From Pyrodictium delaneyi (GTDB lineage: Archaea; Thermoproteota; Thermoprotei_A; Sulfolobales; Pyrodictiaceae), in contig NZ_CP013011.1 of the NCBI RefSeq assembly GCF_001412615.1, positions 240,001 to 272,000 of the forward strand: a stretch of 32,000 nucleotides of DNA. Reading direction: 5' to 3'. This document shows positions 15,733 through 25,714 of the stretch, piece by piece (positions within the stretch are counted from its first letter, which is position 1; every line of letters begins with the position of its first letter). Below the pieces are notes generated by a model that saw only the letters and a program-made list of their open reading frames with translations, did not search any database and had not been told where the DNA came from. A program made the position numbers and the translations under genes.

Positions 15733-16734
15733 CTACGGCGGTTCTATCGGCCTGCATTGCTGTCCGAGTATCTCCTCTAGGTTCTGGTACATCATTGCCT
15801 CGAGTGCTCTTCGGCTCGTCACGCCCCTAGATATAGCGGCTGCTGCTAGCCTCGCTGCGCTACGGGCTGGAGTGTCCTCCTCTACTACGGGATAGTCGCT
15901 GCCGTGGAGAATCCGCTCCGGGGATAGACTCCCCAGCACTATCTCTAGAACCTCAAGTGGCACGGCACTCGTGTCAAGGTAGACGTTGGAGTAGCGGCGG
16001 GCTAGCTCAATAGCCTCCCTGGTATAGACGCCAGGCGCGGCTGCGCTGTAGCCACCACAGTGAGCTATTATCACCGGCACATCACGGTACGCTGCTATGT
16101 ACTGCTCCAGCTTGGCTGGGTTACCAAGCGCACAGAACACAGGGAGCTCCCAGAGCCCCGGGTCGCAGCCAGCGTGGACGAGTATGGGTGCTGCTCTTTC
16201 GTTAGCTGCCTCGAAGACTGCCTCGACTTCCTTTGAGTCGGGCCAAACCATGTGGAGTGTAGTTATCAGTTTGAGTCCACGATAGCCACTGCTTAGCCGG
16301 CCCCGCGCCCGGCTATAGGCCTCCATAGCGCCAGCGCTGGGTTCGGGATCGGCGTAGACTACCAGGTCGGCGCCGCTGGTTGCCGCAGCCTCTTTAGGAT
16401 CTATTGCTCTAAACCGGGAGAGAAACATCACGGTTTCGGTGAGGAGTCTGCTCGGGGACTCGTAGTGCTCTAGCAGCCACGGAGCTAGCTTCTCGAGAAC
16501 AGGATGAGATAGTTTCCAGGCGCGAGGGAGGAGCCGGGAGGCTTTCTCGGAGACGAGTTGTATCGGAGGCCTTATCTCTATTACCTGGGCTAGAGAGACA
16601 CGGTAGCCTGCCAGTTCTAGTGCAAGCTCCCATGGGCTACGTCTGTCTAGCAGATGAACGTGTGCGTCCGCTATACACGGTAGTTCTTCTAGCAGTTGTA
16701 GTGCCTTATCTAGTAATGGCAGGGCCGTGTACAC
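15733..16734 (-). CDS. Metal-dependent amidohydrolase-fold (TIM barrel) hydrolase
   Basis: 'IADAHVHLLD' (HxH), 'ILVHAGCDPG', 'VIIAHCGGY' and 'ILHGSDYPV' match the metal-ligand pattern of amidohydrolase_2-type proteins. GTG start. Confidence 0.65.
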   Translation of the reverse strand: MYTALPLLDKALQLLEELPCIADAHVHLLDRRSPWELALELAGYRVSLAQVIEIRPPIQLVSEKASRLLPRAWKLSHPVLEKLAPWLLEHYESPSRLLTETVMFLSRFRAIDPKEAAATSGADLVVYADPEPSAGAMEAYSRARGRLSSGYRGLKLITTLHMVWPDSKEVEAVFEAANERAAPILVHAGCDPGLWELPVFCALGNPAKLEQYIAAYRDVPVIIAHCGGYSAAAPGVYTREAIELARRYSNVYLDTSAVPLEVLEIVLGSLSPERILHGSDYPVVEEDTPARSAARLAAAAISRGVTSRRALEAMMYQNLEEILGQQCRPIEPP

Positions 16735-16866
16735 CCCATGCTAGGGAGAGTATACACCGGCATCTTTAGACAAGGGACGATATGCTATAAAGGTAGTTTC
16801 TCGACGATAGTCGGAGTTATAGTAGTACAAGGATGGGTGTTGGAAGACTATTTAAAAGATCAAAGC

Positions 16867-17835
16867 CTACTCAACGACGGGACCTATCGCCTCCTCGCCT
16901 ACCCAGCGGTTTATCTCCTCTACGTACTGGTCCACCATGCGCTGTATCTGCTCTATCTCCTCGTCAGTCAGGTGGCGGAACCTGCCTTGAAGCTTTAGGT
17001 AATGGCGGACGTGCTTCCTCTTGGGCACCTTCACCGTTACTCTGGGCTTGCCGTTCTCTATCTCGAGTTGTACCCACATGCCGGTCTGTACTGCTAGCCT
17101 CGCGACCTCTATTGTGTGCTCGTTCTTTATCCTCCAGCCGGGAGTGCAGGGCGAGAGCACATGTACTAAGCTGGGCCCACGGGTCTCGAAGGCCTTGCGG
17201 AACTTCTCTATCATGTCAGTCGGGTAGGCTGGGTTAGCCGTCGCTATGTAGGGTATGCGGTGAGCCAGCGCTATACCGATTATGTCCTTTTTGGGCCTCA
17301 TCTCGCCCCTCATACGCTTGCCTATAGGTGTTGTAGTCGTCCAAGCACCGAGCGGGGTCGCACCACTCCTCTGAATACCCGTGTTCATGTAGGCCTCGTT
17401 GTCATACACCACGTACATCACGTCGTGGCCGCGCTCGAGCATGCCGCTGAGGCTCTGTAGGCCTATGTCGAAGGTACCACCATCGCCTGCTATCGCTACA
17501 ACCTTTATTCGGCGGTCAGGGTTTAACACACCCTTCCTTTGGAGTGCCTTAATTGCGGCCTCTATGCCGCTCGCTACTGCGCCAGCGTTCTCGAAGGCCA
17601 GGTGTATCCAGGGATTCTTCCAGGAGGTCCTGGGGAATAACGTCGTGGTTACCTCGACACAGCCTGTAGCCATGGCTATTATAGCGTCCTTACCTAAGAC
17701 TTTCATCAAGTGCCTCATTATCAGCGCTGCTCCGCAGCCCTGGCACATACTGTGGCCAGGGGCGAACCGCTCTTCACGAGGTATATCCCATACTGTGCGG
17801 ACAGGCTTTGCGAGCGCCATGCCGGGCCACCCCAT
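16867..17835 (-). CDS. 2-oxoacid:ferredoxin oxidoreductase beta subunit (TPP-binding; POR/VOR type)
   Basis: 'GHSMCQGCGAALIMRHL', 'AIAGDGGTFDIGLQSLSG' (TPP GDG motif) and 'VVYDNEAYMNTG'. Last gene of a gamma-delta-alpha-beta operon. Confidence 0.9.
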   Translation of the reverse strand: MGWPGMALAKPVRTVWDIPREERFAPGHSMCQGCGAALIMRHLMKVLGKDAIIAMATGCVEVTTTLFPRTSWKNPWIHLAFENAGAVASGIEAAIKALQRKGVLNPDRRIKVVAIAGDGGTFDIGLQSLSGMLERGHDVMYVVYDNEAYMNTGIQRSGATPLGAWTTTTPIGKRMRGEMRPKKDIIGIALAHRIPYIATANPAYPTDMIEKFRKAFETRGPSLVHVLSPCTPGWRIKNEHTIEVARLAVQTGMWVQLEIENGKPRVTVKVPKRKHVRHYLKLQGRFRHLTDEEIEQIQRMVDQYVEEINRWVGEEAIGPVVE

Positions 17836-17874
17836 TTCTAGCTGAGGGATTCACATGGTAAAACTATGGAGGGG

Positions 17875-19122
17875 CTAGTGGAGCTTAGTGCGGCTTCTTA
17901 CTCCGTAGAATAGTGTGCGGGTCTCGCTCCGGCCGCTCCGGGCCATCTCCTGGAGCTTCTTGAACATCTCCATGACCTCCCTGACGAAGATGTCTCTGCC
18001 GCCTAGACCGTGGACGAAGCTTGCCATCGGCTTAACCATACCCCGTACTGCTAGCGTTGAGGCGACGTCCAGGAATAGCGGCCCCTCTAGTGGTGCACCG
18101 AAGGATACAGCGCGGTCGAGTACACCCACAGCTGCTACGTTCTCTAGTGCCTTGGCGAGCTGGTCGGCGGGGAACGGCCTGTAGACCCTTATCTTCACCA
18201 TGCCGGCTTTTACGCCCTCTTCGCGTAGCCTGTTTACAGCGGCCTTGACGAGGCTAGCGGTCGCGCCGAGGCTGACTATAGCCACCTCAGCGTCGTCCAT
18301 CATGTACTCCTCTATGAAGCCGTAGCTGCGGCCGAACCGCTTCTCGAACTCCCGTGCAGCCTCCTCTATGACGCGGGGCGCCTCTCTCATAGCCATTATC
18401 TGCTGCATCTTTATCTCGTAGTACCAGTTCGGCGCGCCCAGGACGCCGAAGGTCATGGGCTGGTCTGGGTCTAGGACGGGGCGGTAGCCACGCGGCCTCT
18501 TCACTGCGTAGCTTAGCACCTCGTCGCGAGGTATCAGCTCGAGGGGCTCTACTGTGTGGCTTAGTATGTAGCCGTCGAGTGTGACTACCGTGGGTAGGAG
18601 CACGTCAGGGTGCTCGGCGATATAGTAGGCCTGGATGAGGTTGTCATAGACCTCCTGAACGTTCTCGCTGAATATGATTATCCAGCCGGTGTCCCTCATA
18701 CCCATGGCGTCGCCGTAGTCGTTCCAGATGTTTATTGGGGCGCTGAGCGCGCGAGTAGCGAGAGCCATTACCACGGGCTGGCGGAGGCCGCTAGCTATGT
18801 AAAGTATCTCATGCATCAGCTCTAGGCCCTGGCTGCTCGTGGCTGTAAAGACGCGGGCACCGGTGGCAGCAGCCGCAACCACGGCACTCATAGCACTGTG
18901 CTCGCTCTCTACGTGGATGACCTCGGCGTCTAGCTCGCCGTTAGCGACCATCTCTGTTATCTTCTCGGCTATCTGTACCTGTGGCGTGATCGGGTATATC
19001 GCCGCCACGTCTATGTCAGCGTCACGGGCTGCCAGCGCAGCTGCATGGTTACCCTTGGCAGCTATTCTCCGGGACTCCCTTGCCTTGGGCTTCTCCTGGG
19101 TCTTGACCTCCACTGCGGCCAT
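17875..19122 (-). CDS. 2-oxoacid:ferredoxin oxidoreductase alpha subunit
   Basis: 'GNHAAALAARDADIDVAAIYPITPQ' and 'ESEHSAMSAVVAAAATGARVFTATSSQGL' are typical PorA/VorA blocks. I prefer the ATG at 19122 (GGAGGAGAGGTGA upstream, 3 nt after the delta stop) over the track start at 19170. Confidence 0.9.
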   Translation of the reverse strand: MAAVEVKTQEKPKARESRRIAAKGNHAAALAARDADIDVAAIYPITPQVQIAEKITEMVANGELDAEVIHVESEHSAMSAVVAAAATGARVFTATSSQGLELMHEILYIASGLRQPVVMALATRALSAPINIWNDYGDAMGMRDTGWIIIFSENVQEVYDNLIQAYYIAEHPDVLLPTVVTLDGYILSHTVEPLELIPRDEVLSYAVKRPRGYRPVLDPDQPMTFGVLGAPNWYYEIKMQQIMAMREAPRVIEEAAREFEKRFGRSYGFIEEYMMDDAEVAIVSLGATASLVKAAVNRLREEGVKAGMVKIRVYRPFPADQLAKALENVAAVGVLDRAVSFGAPLEGPLFLDVASTLAVRGMVKPMASFVHGLGGRDIFVREVMEMFKKLQEMARSGRSETRTLFYGVRSRTKLH

Positions 19123-19127
19123 ACGGA

Positions 19128-19469
19128 TCACCTCTCCTCCGGAACCATGTCTATGGCCTTTACGGGGCACTCGTAGGCGCAGATACCACAGCCCTTACAG
19201 TGGGCGTAATCGACCTTGAAACTGATCTTGAATGTGCGGCCCTTGCTGTTTGTGTACTCCTCGTCTACCTCTAGTATCGCGCCGTCTGGACAGTAGACCC
19301 AGCAAAGCCTGCAACGGATACACTTATCCTGGTTGATGACCGGCTTGAAGGTCCTCCAAGCGCTAGTGTCAACCTCTTCGGTGCTGCCAGGCCAGGGGAC
19401 TATGCCGGCGATGGGAGCGTCCTCCCAGGCCTCAGGGTACTTCTTCCCGAGGAAGCGTTCGAGGCTCAC
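19128..19469 (-). CDS. 2-oxoacid:ferredoxin oxidoreductase delta subunit (2x[4Fe-4S] ferredoxin-like)
   Basis: Two cluster motifs, CIRCRLCWVYCP and CKGCGICAYECP. 4-nt overlap with the gamma gene. Confidence 0.9.
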   Translation of the reverse strand: MSLERFLGKKYPEAWEDAPIAGIVPWPGSTEEVDTSAWRTFKPVINQDKCIRCRLCWVYCPDGAILEVDEEYTNSKGRTFKISFKVDYAHCKGCGICAYECPVKAIDMVPEER

Positions 19470-20056
19470 AGGCAGACCACCTCCGTGGAGGAGTAGGCCT
19501 CCTCTACAGCGCGTAGGTTGGCCTCCGCTATGCGGGGCCTCTCGCTAAAACGCTCCTCTATGCTACGCTCGAGCGAGTCGAGCTCTACGACCTTCGAGGC
19601 GCGAACGAGGCTGCCGAGCATAGACGTGTTCACGATTGGGGCGCCTAGGTGCTTCAGCGCTATGCCTGTAGCGTCTACAACGGCTATGCAGCGCGGTGGC
19701 TCGAGCCCACGGCCCCGTAGGAGCTCGGCTACCTCCTCCGGCTTCTTCTTCGTGTTTACCACGAGTAGCCCGTCGCGCCGGAGCCCCTTCATGTATATGC
19801 TCGGATCTAGGCTCGAGTCGAGAACTACCACTATGTCTGGCTCGAGTATAGGCTCGCGTTCGAGTATCGCCTTGTCGTCAATACGGGTAAACGCCAGCAC
19901 TGGTGCACCACGGCGCTCTGCACCATACTCGGGAAAGGCCATAGCGTACTTGCCTTCGCTTATCGCGGCTGCTGCAAGAACCTCAGCTGCCGTGACTGCA
20001 CCCTGGCCTCCACGGCCATGAAACCTAATCTCTACACGGGGCATACCAAATCCCAC
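19466..20056 (-). CDS. 2-oxoacid:ferredoxin oxidoreductase gamma subunit
   Basis: 'IRFHGRGGQGAVTAAEVLAAAA' and 'AFPEYGAERRGAPV' are typical PorG/VorG blocks. An alternative ATG lies at 20044. Confidence 0.9.
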   Translation of the reverse strand: MGFGMPRVEIRFHGRGGQGAVTAAEVLAAAAISEGKYAMAFPEYGAERRGAPVLAFTRIDDKAILEREPILEPDIVVVLDSSLDPSIYMKGLRRDGLLVVNTKKKPEEVAELLRGRGLEPPRCIAVVDATGIALKHLGAPIVNTSMLGSLVRASKVVELDSLERSIEERFSERPRIAEANLRAVEEAYSSTEVVCL

Positions 20057-20471
20057 CTATACGGCTCCATACGCTCCTCTAGACGCCTGGGGCTTGCAGC
20101 CCCTTCCCAAGGGGTTTCTACACGATAAAACATTAAGAGCGTTAAACTCTAGATTTACTCAGCCCCTAGCACAGAGTCCCTGTCCTACCCTAGCACCCCC
20201 CTCTAACTAATAACCTCTACCCGCTACACAGCGTCCACACATAGTAGCCTACTTGCACAGTAGTCGAACCACCCCATTTCAGCAAATGTACTATTGCCGG
20301 ATCAGCGTCTTCAATGCAGTAATGTAATATGCTCAAATAATGGAATCCCTAGGGCAGCTAACCAGGTACGCGAGACCCCAATGGCTAGTGTATATACAGC
20401 AGTGGCGATATCGTAATAGTTAGATACGTGTTAAGCGTCTTCGCGGCTAAATTCAACTCGAGGGATGATAG

Positions 20472-21371
20472 ATGACGCTATACGGGGATCCTGAATGGGA
20501 GCTTAGCAATGCACCAGAAGTGTTGCGACGTCAGCTAGAGTCGACAAAACCCGTTCTGGCTAGTACGGAGTGTATTGCAGCTGTGGGAGCTGGCGACAGC
20601 TACGCAGCCGCAGTAGCGTTAGAGGCCTGTAGCCGGGGTCGGGCGTGGGCGCTTGACCCCCTAGATGCTGTCTCGACAGGGAAACTCGAAAGACTTATCC
20701 GCAACGGTTGTACACTCGTTGCTCTCAGTGTCGGTGGGCGAACGAGAGCTGTACTTGAGGCCGCCAGGATCTACCGGAGTCTAGGTGGCATCGTCGTAGC
20801 CGTTACGGGCTCAGATACACCCCTAGCTAGGCTGGCTGACGGGGTGATAGAGCTCACATATACAAGGCTCGCAGCTGGGATAGGCGCATTAAGGCACCTC
20901 GTCATGCTCGCTGCTCTCGCCGCCTCTCTCGGTGAAAACCCGGGGCCCATCGAGACCCCAAACATTGACTGTAATGCCCTCTGGGCCGGCATACACGCGG
21001 GGGCAGGGGAGGCGTATAGTAGCGCATTATTCGCCGTACTGAAGCTCTATGAGGTGTATGGCCGGCCCGCCCGTTACGAGAGGCTTGAGCAGCTTGTACA
21101 CGCCCCAGTCTACAGCACGGATAGCGTGACGGTCTACGAGTCCTCCATCGCACCCGCTGGGAGGCAGAAAGAGGTCGTAGATACGCTACATGCAGCTGGC
21201 CTAAGAGTCTACACTGTGCCCTGCTCTGGGGGCTGCTGGGGCACAGTCCTCGGCCAGGCGCTGGCCGTGCTCAAGTGCCTCCAGGAGGCCGCGAGAAGGG
21301 ACGGGATAGCAGAGCCCCGTTACCGCTCCCACCCAGGGCTCGAGAGGCTGACCAGGCTGATATACGAGTAA
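20472..21371 (+). CDS. SIS (sugar isomerase / phosphosugar-binding) domain protein
   Basis: 'IAAVGAGDSYAAAVA', 'LVALSVGGRTRAVLEAARIYRSLGGIVVAVTGSDTPLARLADGVI' follows the SIS pattern (GxGxS..a; S.SG.T.....a......G....iT). Substrate unknown. Confidence 0.55.
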   Translation: MTLYGDPEWELSNAPEVLRRQLESTKPVLASTECIAAVGAGDSYAAAVALEACSRGRAWALDPLDAVSTGKLERLIRNGCTLVALSVGGRTRAVLEAARIYRSLGGIVVAVTGSDTPLARLADGVIELTYTRLAAGIGALRHLVMLAALAASLGENPGPIETPNIDCNALWAGIHAGAGEAYSSALFAVLKLYEVYGRPARYERLEQLVHAPVYSTDSVTVYESSIAPAGRQKEVVDTLHAAGLRVYTVPCSGGCWGTVLGQALAVLKCLQEAARRDGIAEPRYRSHPGLERLTRLIYE

Positions 21372-21487
21372 TAGAGCAGTTTACGGCACCGTCCAGGGCG
21401 GATAGGGGCTCAATACCGGTTCTGCTGGTCTAGAGTCGAGTTGATAGGGGCTAAGCTGTCCTAGAGACGCGTCCCTGGGGCTTGGGG

Positions 21488-22417
21488 ATGCACAGAGAGC
21501 TTGTCGAGAAGCTCGAAACGCTCCGCCGTAGGCGGCGCGCTGTTATACTCGCGCACAACTACCAACCGCCAGAAGTCCAGGACATAGCCGACTTTGTGGG
21601 CGACAGCCTAGAGCTAGCAAGGAAAGCTATGGAGACTGATGCAGACGTCATAGTGCTCGCTGGCGTCAGATTCATGGCCGAGACGGCTAAGCTACTCAAC
21701 CCTGACCGGATAGTCCTCCACCCCGTCCCGGACGCTGGCTGTCCTCTTGCAGACTTCCTGACAGTCAACGCTATCCGTGAAGCACGCCGGGAGCACCCCG
21801 GAGCACCAGTCGTGCTCTACATTAACTCCCACCTAGACGCTAAGGCTGAGGCAGACTACATCGTCACGAGCAGTAGCGCGGTAAAACTGGTCTCGATGCT
21901 GGAGGACGATACTGTGCTCTTCGGCCCTGACCGCAACCTAGCAGACTATGTCGCTGAGAACCTTCCCGGTAAGCGGATAGTACCAGTACCGCTTCACGGC
22001 CATTGCCCCGTACACCAGTATCTCATCACAGCACGCCACGTCGAGGAGGCCCGGCGCCGCTACCCCGGAGCCAGGGTGCTAATCCACCCCGAGGCACCCC
22101 GGGAGGCACGGAGACTAGCAGACTACGTTGGGAGCACGAGCCAGATGGTACGCTACATAGGCGAGACCGGGGCCCAGGGCACCTACCTGCTAGGCACAGA
22201 GGAGGGCCTAGCATACCGCGCCCGGAAGCTCTACCCTACAGCAGACGTGAAGCCGCTAAACCCTAAAGCAATCTGCAGAAACATGAAGAAGATAACACTG
22301 CGCAGCATAGTAGAAGCACTCGAGCGCCTTGCACCACGGGTAGAGCTAGACCCCGTTCAAGCCAAGAAGGCGCGCGAAGCAATGGAGCGGAGCCTAGAGA
22401 TGTTTAAGAAAAACTAG
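21488..22417 (+). CDS. nadA: Quinolinate synthase
   Basis: 'ILAHNYQPPEVQDIADFVGDSLELARKA', 'GVRFMAETAKLLNP', 'CPLA', 'YINS', 'CPVH', 'HPE', 'GTEEGL' and 'CRNMK' are the conserved NadA blocks and cluster cysteines. The track start at 21482 is a TTG two codons upstream. Confidence 0.9.
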   Translation: MHRELVEKLETLRRRRRAVILAHNYQPPEVQDIADFVGDSLELARKAMETDADVIVLAGVRFMAETAKLLNPDRIVLHPVPDAGCPLADFLTVNAIREARREHPGAPVVLYINSHLDAKAEADYIVTSSSAVKLVSMLEDDTVLFGPDRNLADYVAENLPGKRIVPVPLHGHCPVHQYLITARHVEEARRRYPGARVLIHPEAPREARRLADYVGSTSQMVRYIGETGAQGTYLLGTEEGLAYRARKLYPTADVKPLNPKAICRNMKKITLRSIVEALERLAPRVELDPVQAKKAREAMERSLEMFKKN

Positions 22418-22491
22418 GCTTGTACACGGACTCTAATCCCATCGTGTTAAGTGTCTGCATAGATTCCTAGTCTTTCGCCTCTTCTAGATCT

Positions 22492-22830
22492 TTAACTCTT
22501 AGCTACTTCTGCCTCCTTGCGGCCGGTCTTCTGGGTGCTAGCAGTCTTTACTACTGTTGACCGGTGTCGAGGCCTTATCAGGCCGAGATGATACAGTAGT
22601 CCACGATAGTTGGTATACACGTGTACTATTGCAGCACCAGCTGCAGCAAACCCAGCATAGACGTGAATGTCTGTCCATAAGTCCTTGGTTAGTCCAAGTG
22701 CTGTTGCATAACCGCTACCAGGGCCTCTTGGCATAGTTTCTAGTAGGAAGCCTGATATCAGAGTTAGGAATCCTAGGCTAACCAATAGTATTACAGTTAT
22801 CCTGCGTGCTAACAATATTATGTTTGCCAT
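22492..22830 (-). CDS. Small membrane protein, DUF4405-like (possible haem-b-binding His pair)
   Basis: 112 aa with two to three TM helices. 'LWTDIHVYAGFAAAGAAIVHVYTNYRGL' resembles the conserved His-containing helices of DUF4405. Call is from recall only. Confidence 0.5.
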   Translation of the reverse strand: MANIILLARRITVILLVSLGFLTLISGFLLETMPRGPGSGYATALGLTKDLWTDIHVYAGFAAAGAAIVHVYTNYRGLLYHLGLIRPRHRSTVVKTASTQKTGRKEAEVAKS

Positions 22831-22881
22831 ATGAATTCACCCCAGCTCTAGAGCACGTGTAATCAAATTGTGTTGATAGAT

Positions 22882-23280
22882 TTAGCCTTCGGTGTATGCA
22901 ATAAATCCTGGGCCTTCGATACGTTGAGCAACTATACCCCAACGACTACTCTCCTTATACTCCACGGTAATTTTCACTCCAGGTTTTATGTATTGTGATA
23001 TGAGGTCACCAGCCCATACATTCTCATGCTTAGCGCCGTCAATCTCTACTGTCCAGTATCCTCGTACTGAGATCTCTTTCCCATCTACAACGATATACAG
23101 TTTCTCGGGATCCACAGACTTTACTATACCATGTATGATGCTCTCTGCTTCGCCTTCTTCCTGCACATTTGGGTTAAAACTCCAAAGGTATGGTGCAACC
23201 CGGTCAGCATAGAGCGGAAACAAGGCTACAAGTATACCGGCCACAACAGCCACTATGAGGCCTACATGTATGTTCTTCAT
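22882..23280 (-). CDS. Small N-terminally anchored extracytoplasmic protein, beta-rich; hypothetical
   Basis: The ATG at 23280 is preceded by GGGTGGAG (the track start at 23301 lacks this). TM helix VGLIVAVVAGILVALFPLY, then a ~100-aa soluble domain. No recognisable motif. Confidence 0.5.
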   Translation of the reverse strand: MKNIHVGLIVAVVAGILVALFPLYADRVAPYLWSFNPNVQEEGEAESIIHGIVKSVDPEKLYIVVDGKEISVRGYWTVEIDGAKHENVWAGDLISQYIKPGVKITVEYKESSRWGIVAQRIEGPGFIAYTEG

Positions 23281-23333
23281 GCAACTCCACCCATAATCCA
23301 TTAATCCATGGGCGATTATTACAACGGTCGTGG

Positions 23334-24089
23334 CTAGGATGTGTCTCCTAGGTATGTTTTACAAAGCTCCAGAGCGTATTCTGGAACCTCGTGAATCTTC
23401 TGTGCCTCTATTCTACCTGTATCAAAGAAGCCTTTAACTACTTGAGCATGAAGCTTTATTACCTCGAATGCACAATCATTGTTAGCGACTTTAACTATTT
23501 TTACTGTCGTATCATTGAGCCACTTTATTTCCGTATGCACATACTTGCTTGTTATCGCAGCATCTACTCGGAACAATGGATCAAACGGCCTGGGGTTGCC
23601 ACCATGTTCGACTACACATTCCATCTGCATTACATGGCTTACTAGTGTTTCTAGTGCAGCCTTATCCGGTGCTGATATTATCCATATTAGTGTCTTGTTT
23701 TCTGGAAACTCCATTAGCTTATAGTTGAAGATATCGTGGTTATCGAAGAGCCATTTAATGTTCTGGCCAATTGGTTTATCGTTTAGGCCTGCAGTAATAC
23801 ATGCAGCTTGAATTGTGCTATTCATCTGCATCATGCCGTTGCCTGGACCATGAGGACCCATACTAGTCGCAATGGTAGTTGCAGTGGTTGTAGTCGTGGC
23901 TCCTGTCGTCTGTGTATATGCCGGCATAGTATTGGTGGTCGTCATTCCTGGTCCGTGCGAGCTAGGTGGTAGTGTAGATACTTCAGTGCTAGTTACTTGC
24001 GGCTGTCCATAACGGAATGTGTATCCTGCCATTATGCCTACAGCTGCTAGTATACCTACGAGTGCTATTATTCCTAACCTAGAGGGCAT
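23334..24089 (-). CDS. Anchored secreted protein with Thr-rich linker and Met/His/Gly/Pro patches; hypothetical
   Basis: The ATG at 24089 is preceded by AGGGTGG (the track GTG is at 24098). Signal anchor LGIIALVGILAAVGIMAG, linker TTGATTTTTATTIATS, and 'SSHGPGM' and 'MGPHGPGNGMMQM' patches. A ~160-aa globular domain with 3 Cys follows. Confidence 0.5.
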   Translation of the reverse strand: MPSRLGIIALVGILAAVGIMAGYTFRYGQPQVTSTEVSTLPPSSHGPGMTTTNTMPAYTQTTGATTTTTATTIATSMGPHGPGNGMMQMNSTIQAACITAGLNDKPIGQNIKWLFDNHDIFNYKLMEFPENKTLIWIISAPDKAALETLVSHVMQMECVVEHGGNPRPFDPLFRVDAAITSKYVHTEIKWLNDTTVKIVKVANNDCAFEVIKLHAQVVKGFFDTGRIEAQKIHEVPEYALELCKTYLGDTS

Positions 24090-24324
24090 TCTTGCCACCC
24101 TAGCAATTGTCTCGTTTATTCTACTCTTCCAGGTATCCTTGGCTACTCTAACTACTTATACATCTCACGCACCTTTTGTCTAGACGATTTGTCTATCAAT
24201 TTTTTATATGTTTAGAGAGAAATATTGTGTCGTGCCTGGGAGAGGCACTATAGTGGGTTGGAACCTCTGTAGGCCTGGAGAAGGGGTAGACGTTATTGGA
24301 GTACCGGTAGCGAGTTGATGAATC

Positions 24325-25032
24325 ATGAATTGGCACATGACAACGTACATGGGGCCGCATGGGGGTCACGGAGGTCCGCCATGGGGTAGACCCTATCCGT
24401 GGATGATGCATTTGCATGAAATGGGTACTGGTATGGCTGCTACAGGGCTAGGCTGGATCCTGGGAATTCTCTACCTTGTGTCGGCTGTAGCAGCAATTGG
24501 TGTATCCTTCCTCCTCTATCGCGGCTACTTGGTCTCGGGGGATCGGAGGCTAGCTTTGCTGGCTCTCGGATTCGGGCTTGTGGCTGCAGGCTCTGTTATG
24601 GACCTGGCTACGGGCATAATTGTCTCTACGAGTCTTAGCTGGCTCGCCTACATGATTGGCTACATGGTAATGCTGGCTGCACGCGATGTAGCTGAACGTG
24701 CTGGGGCAGAAGCGTACACAGCTACACCTCTAGCTCTGGCCACATGGCCGCCCACTATTGCTCCCTATCACTACGCGCCCGTAGCGATGATGGGTTCCGT
24801 GATTGCAGGCATACTGGCATTGGCGGCATTTCTCGGGATGCCGGGTAGGCTACGTGCTGCCGGCATAGGTGTCGCTGCTAGTCATCTATTGGAGGCAGTA
24901 GCGCTGCTAGGCATACTTTACCCTGGACTACTTATAACAGCTGTTGCTCTACGTGCCACATCACTAGCAGCTATGACATTGGTGCTTGTCTTGGCTGCAC
25001 GTGCGCCATCCACGGGCCGGGACTCTGCATGA
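24325..25032 (+). CDS. Polytopic membrane protein with Met/His/Trp/Pro-rich N-terminus; hypothetical
   Basis: N-terminus MNWHMTTYMGPHGGHGGPPWGRPYPWMMHLHEMGTGM, then ~6 hydrophobic helices. Confidence 0.5.
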   Translation: MNWHMTTYMGPHGGHGGPPWGRPYPWMMHLHEMGTGMAATGLGWILGILYLVSAVAAIGVSFLLYRGYLVSGDRRLALLALGFGLVAAGSVMDLATGIIVSTSLSWLAYMIGYMVMLAARDVAERAGAEAYTATPLALATWPPTIAPYHYAPVAMMGSVIAGILALAAFLGMPGRLRAAGIGVAASHLLEAVALLGILYPGLLITAVALRATSLAAMTLVLVLAARAPSTGRDSA

Positions 25033-25057
25033 GACATCTCGGAGACTGGTGGATGGT

Positions 25058-25339
25058 ATGCCGTCGAGGAGGCGGAGCCGGGCGCGGATAGTCTACGAGA
25101 TACTCTCTACGCTCTCGCGGGAGGGTTCTATGCCGCCTACACGGCTCTCATACGTAGCCAGGATGCCTTATGACAGATTTGCGCCGCTACTAGAGCAGCT
25201 CGCAGAGAAGGGTCTAGTAGAGATGTATGAAGAAAATGGGCGTCGGCGGGTTCGGATAACCAGGGAGGGCTTAAAGGCTCTACGTGAGCTATCCGCGGCT
25301 CTCCAGGTGCTCCAAAAGCTTGGTCTCGACGAGTACTAG
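25058..25339 (+). CDS. Winged-helix DNA-binding protein (small archaeal wHTH regulator)
   Basis: 'RARIVYEILSTLSREGSMPPTRLSYVARMPYDRFAPLLEQLAEKGLVEMYEENGRRRVRITREGLKAL' has the wHTH layout (recognition helix, then a beta-hairpin wing). I prefer the ATG at 25058 to the track start at 24986, which overlaps the upstream gene. Confidence 0.6.
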   Translation: MPSRRRSRARIVYEILSTLSREGSMPPTRLSYVARMPYDRFAPLLEQLAEKGLVEMYEENGRRRVRITREGLKALRELSAALQVLQKLGLDEY

Positions 25340-25714
25340 CCGCCAAGTGATATGGCGGGATACTCTGAGCCTAGCCTGCTCTTCATACCCTCCCGGCGCC
25401 GCAGGGGCCCGGGAGAGTCAGAGTGTGGGGGTCTCCTAAGTCTTCATCGTAGTTAGTCTTGTGCCAGGGATCCCATGGATATTGCTCCCTAGAGAGTACT
25501 TAGGTGCTATAAGTTACAGCACTATGGTAAAAGGGTTATTAGAGGCTATAAGCTACATAAGGGTTGCCGTCAATATACGGCTACTCTTATCCGATTCCTG
25601 AGCTGGTGTACAATAAAGTCCTAGTCCTCGGGGAATTGTTATAGAACTAAGTTGAAGAACCCAACTCTATATAACTTGGTGAGGTTTTGTATGCTGTATT
25701 AACTGGGGTTTTAT

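Noticed and set aside
17021-20021. Multiple plus-strand ORFs (17021-17227, 17399-17845, 17915-18248, 18839-19219, 19518-20021 and others)
   Set aside because: All are antisense to the clearly recognisable oxidoreductase gamma-delta-alpha-beta genes, with a Ser/Arg/Pro/Ala-biased composition.
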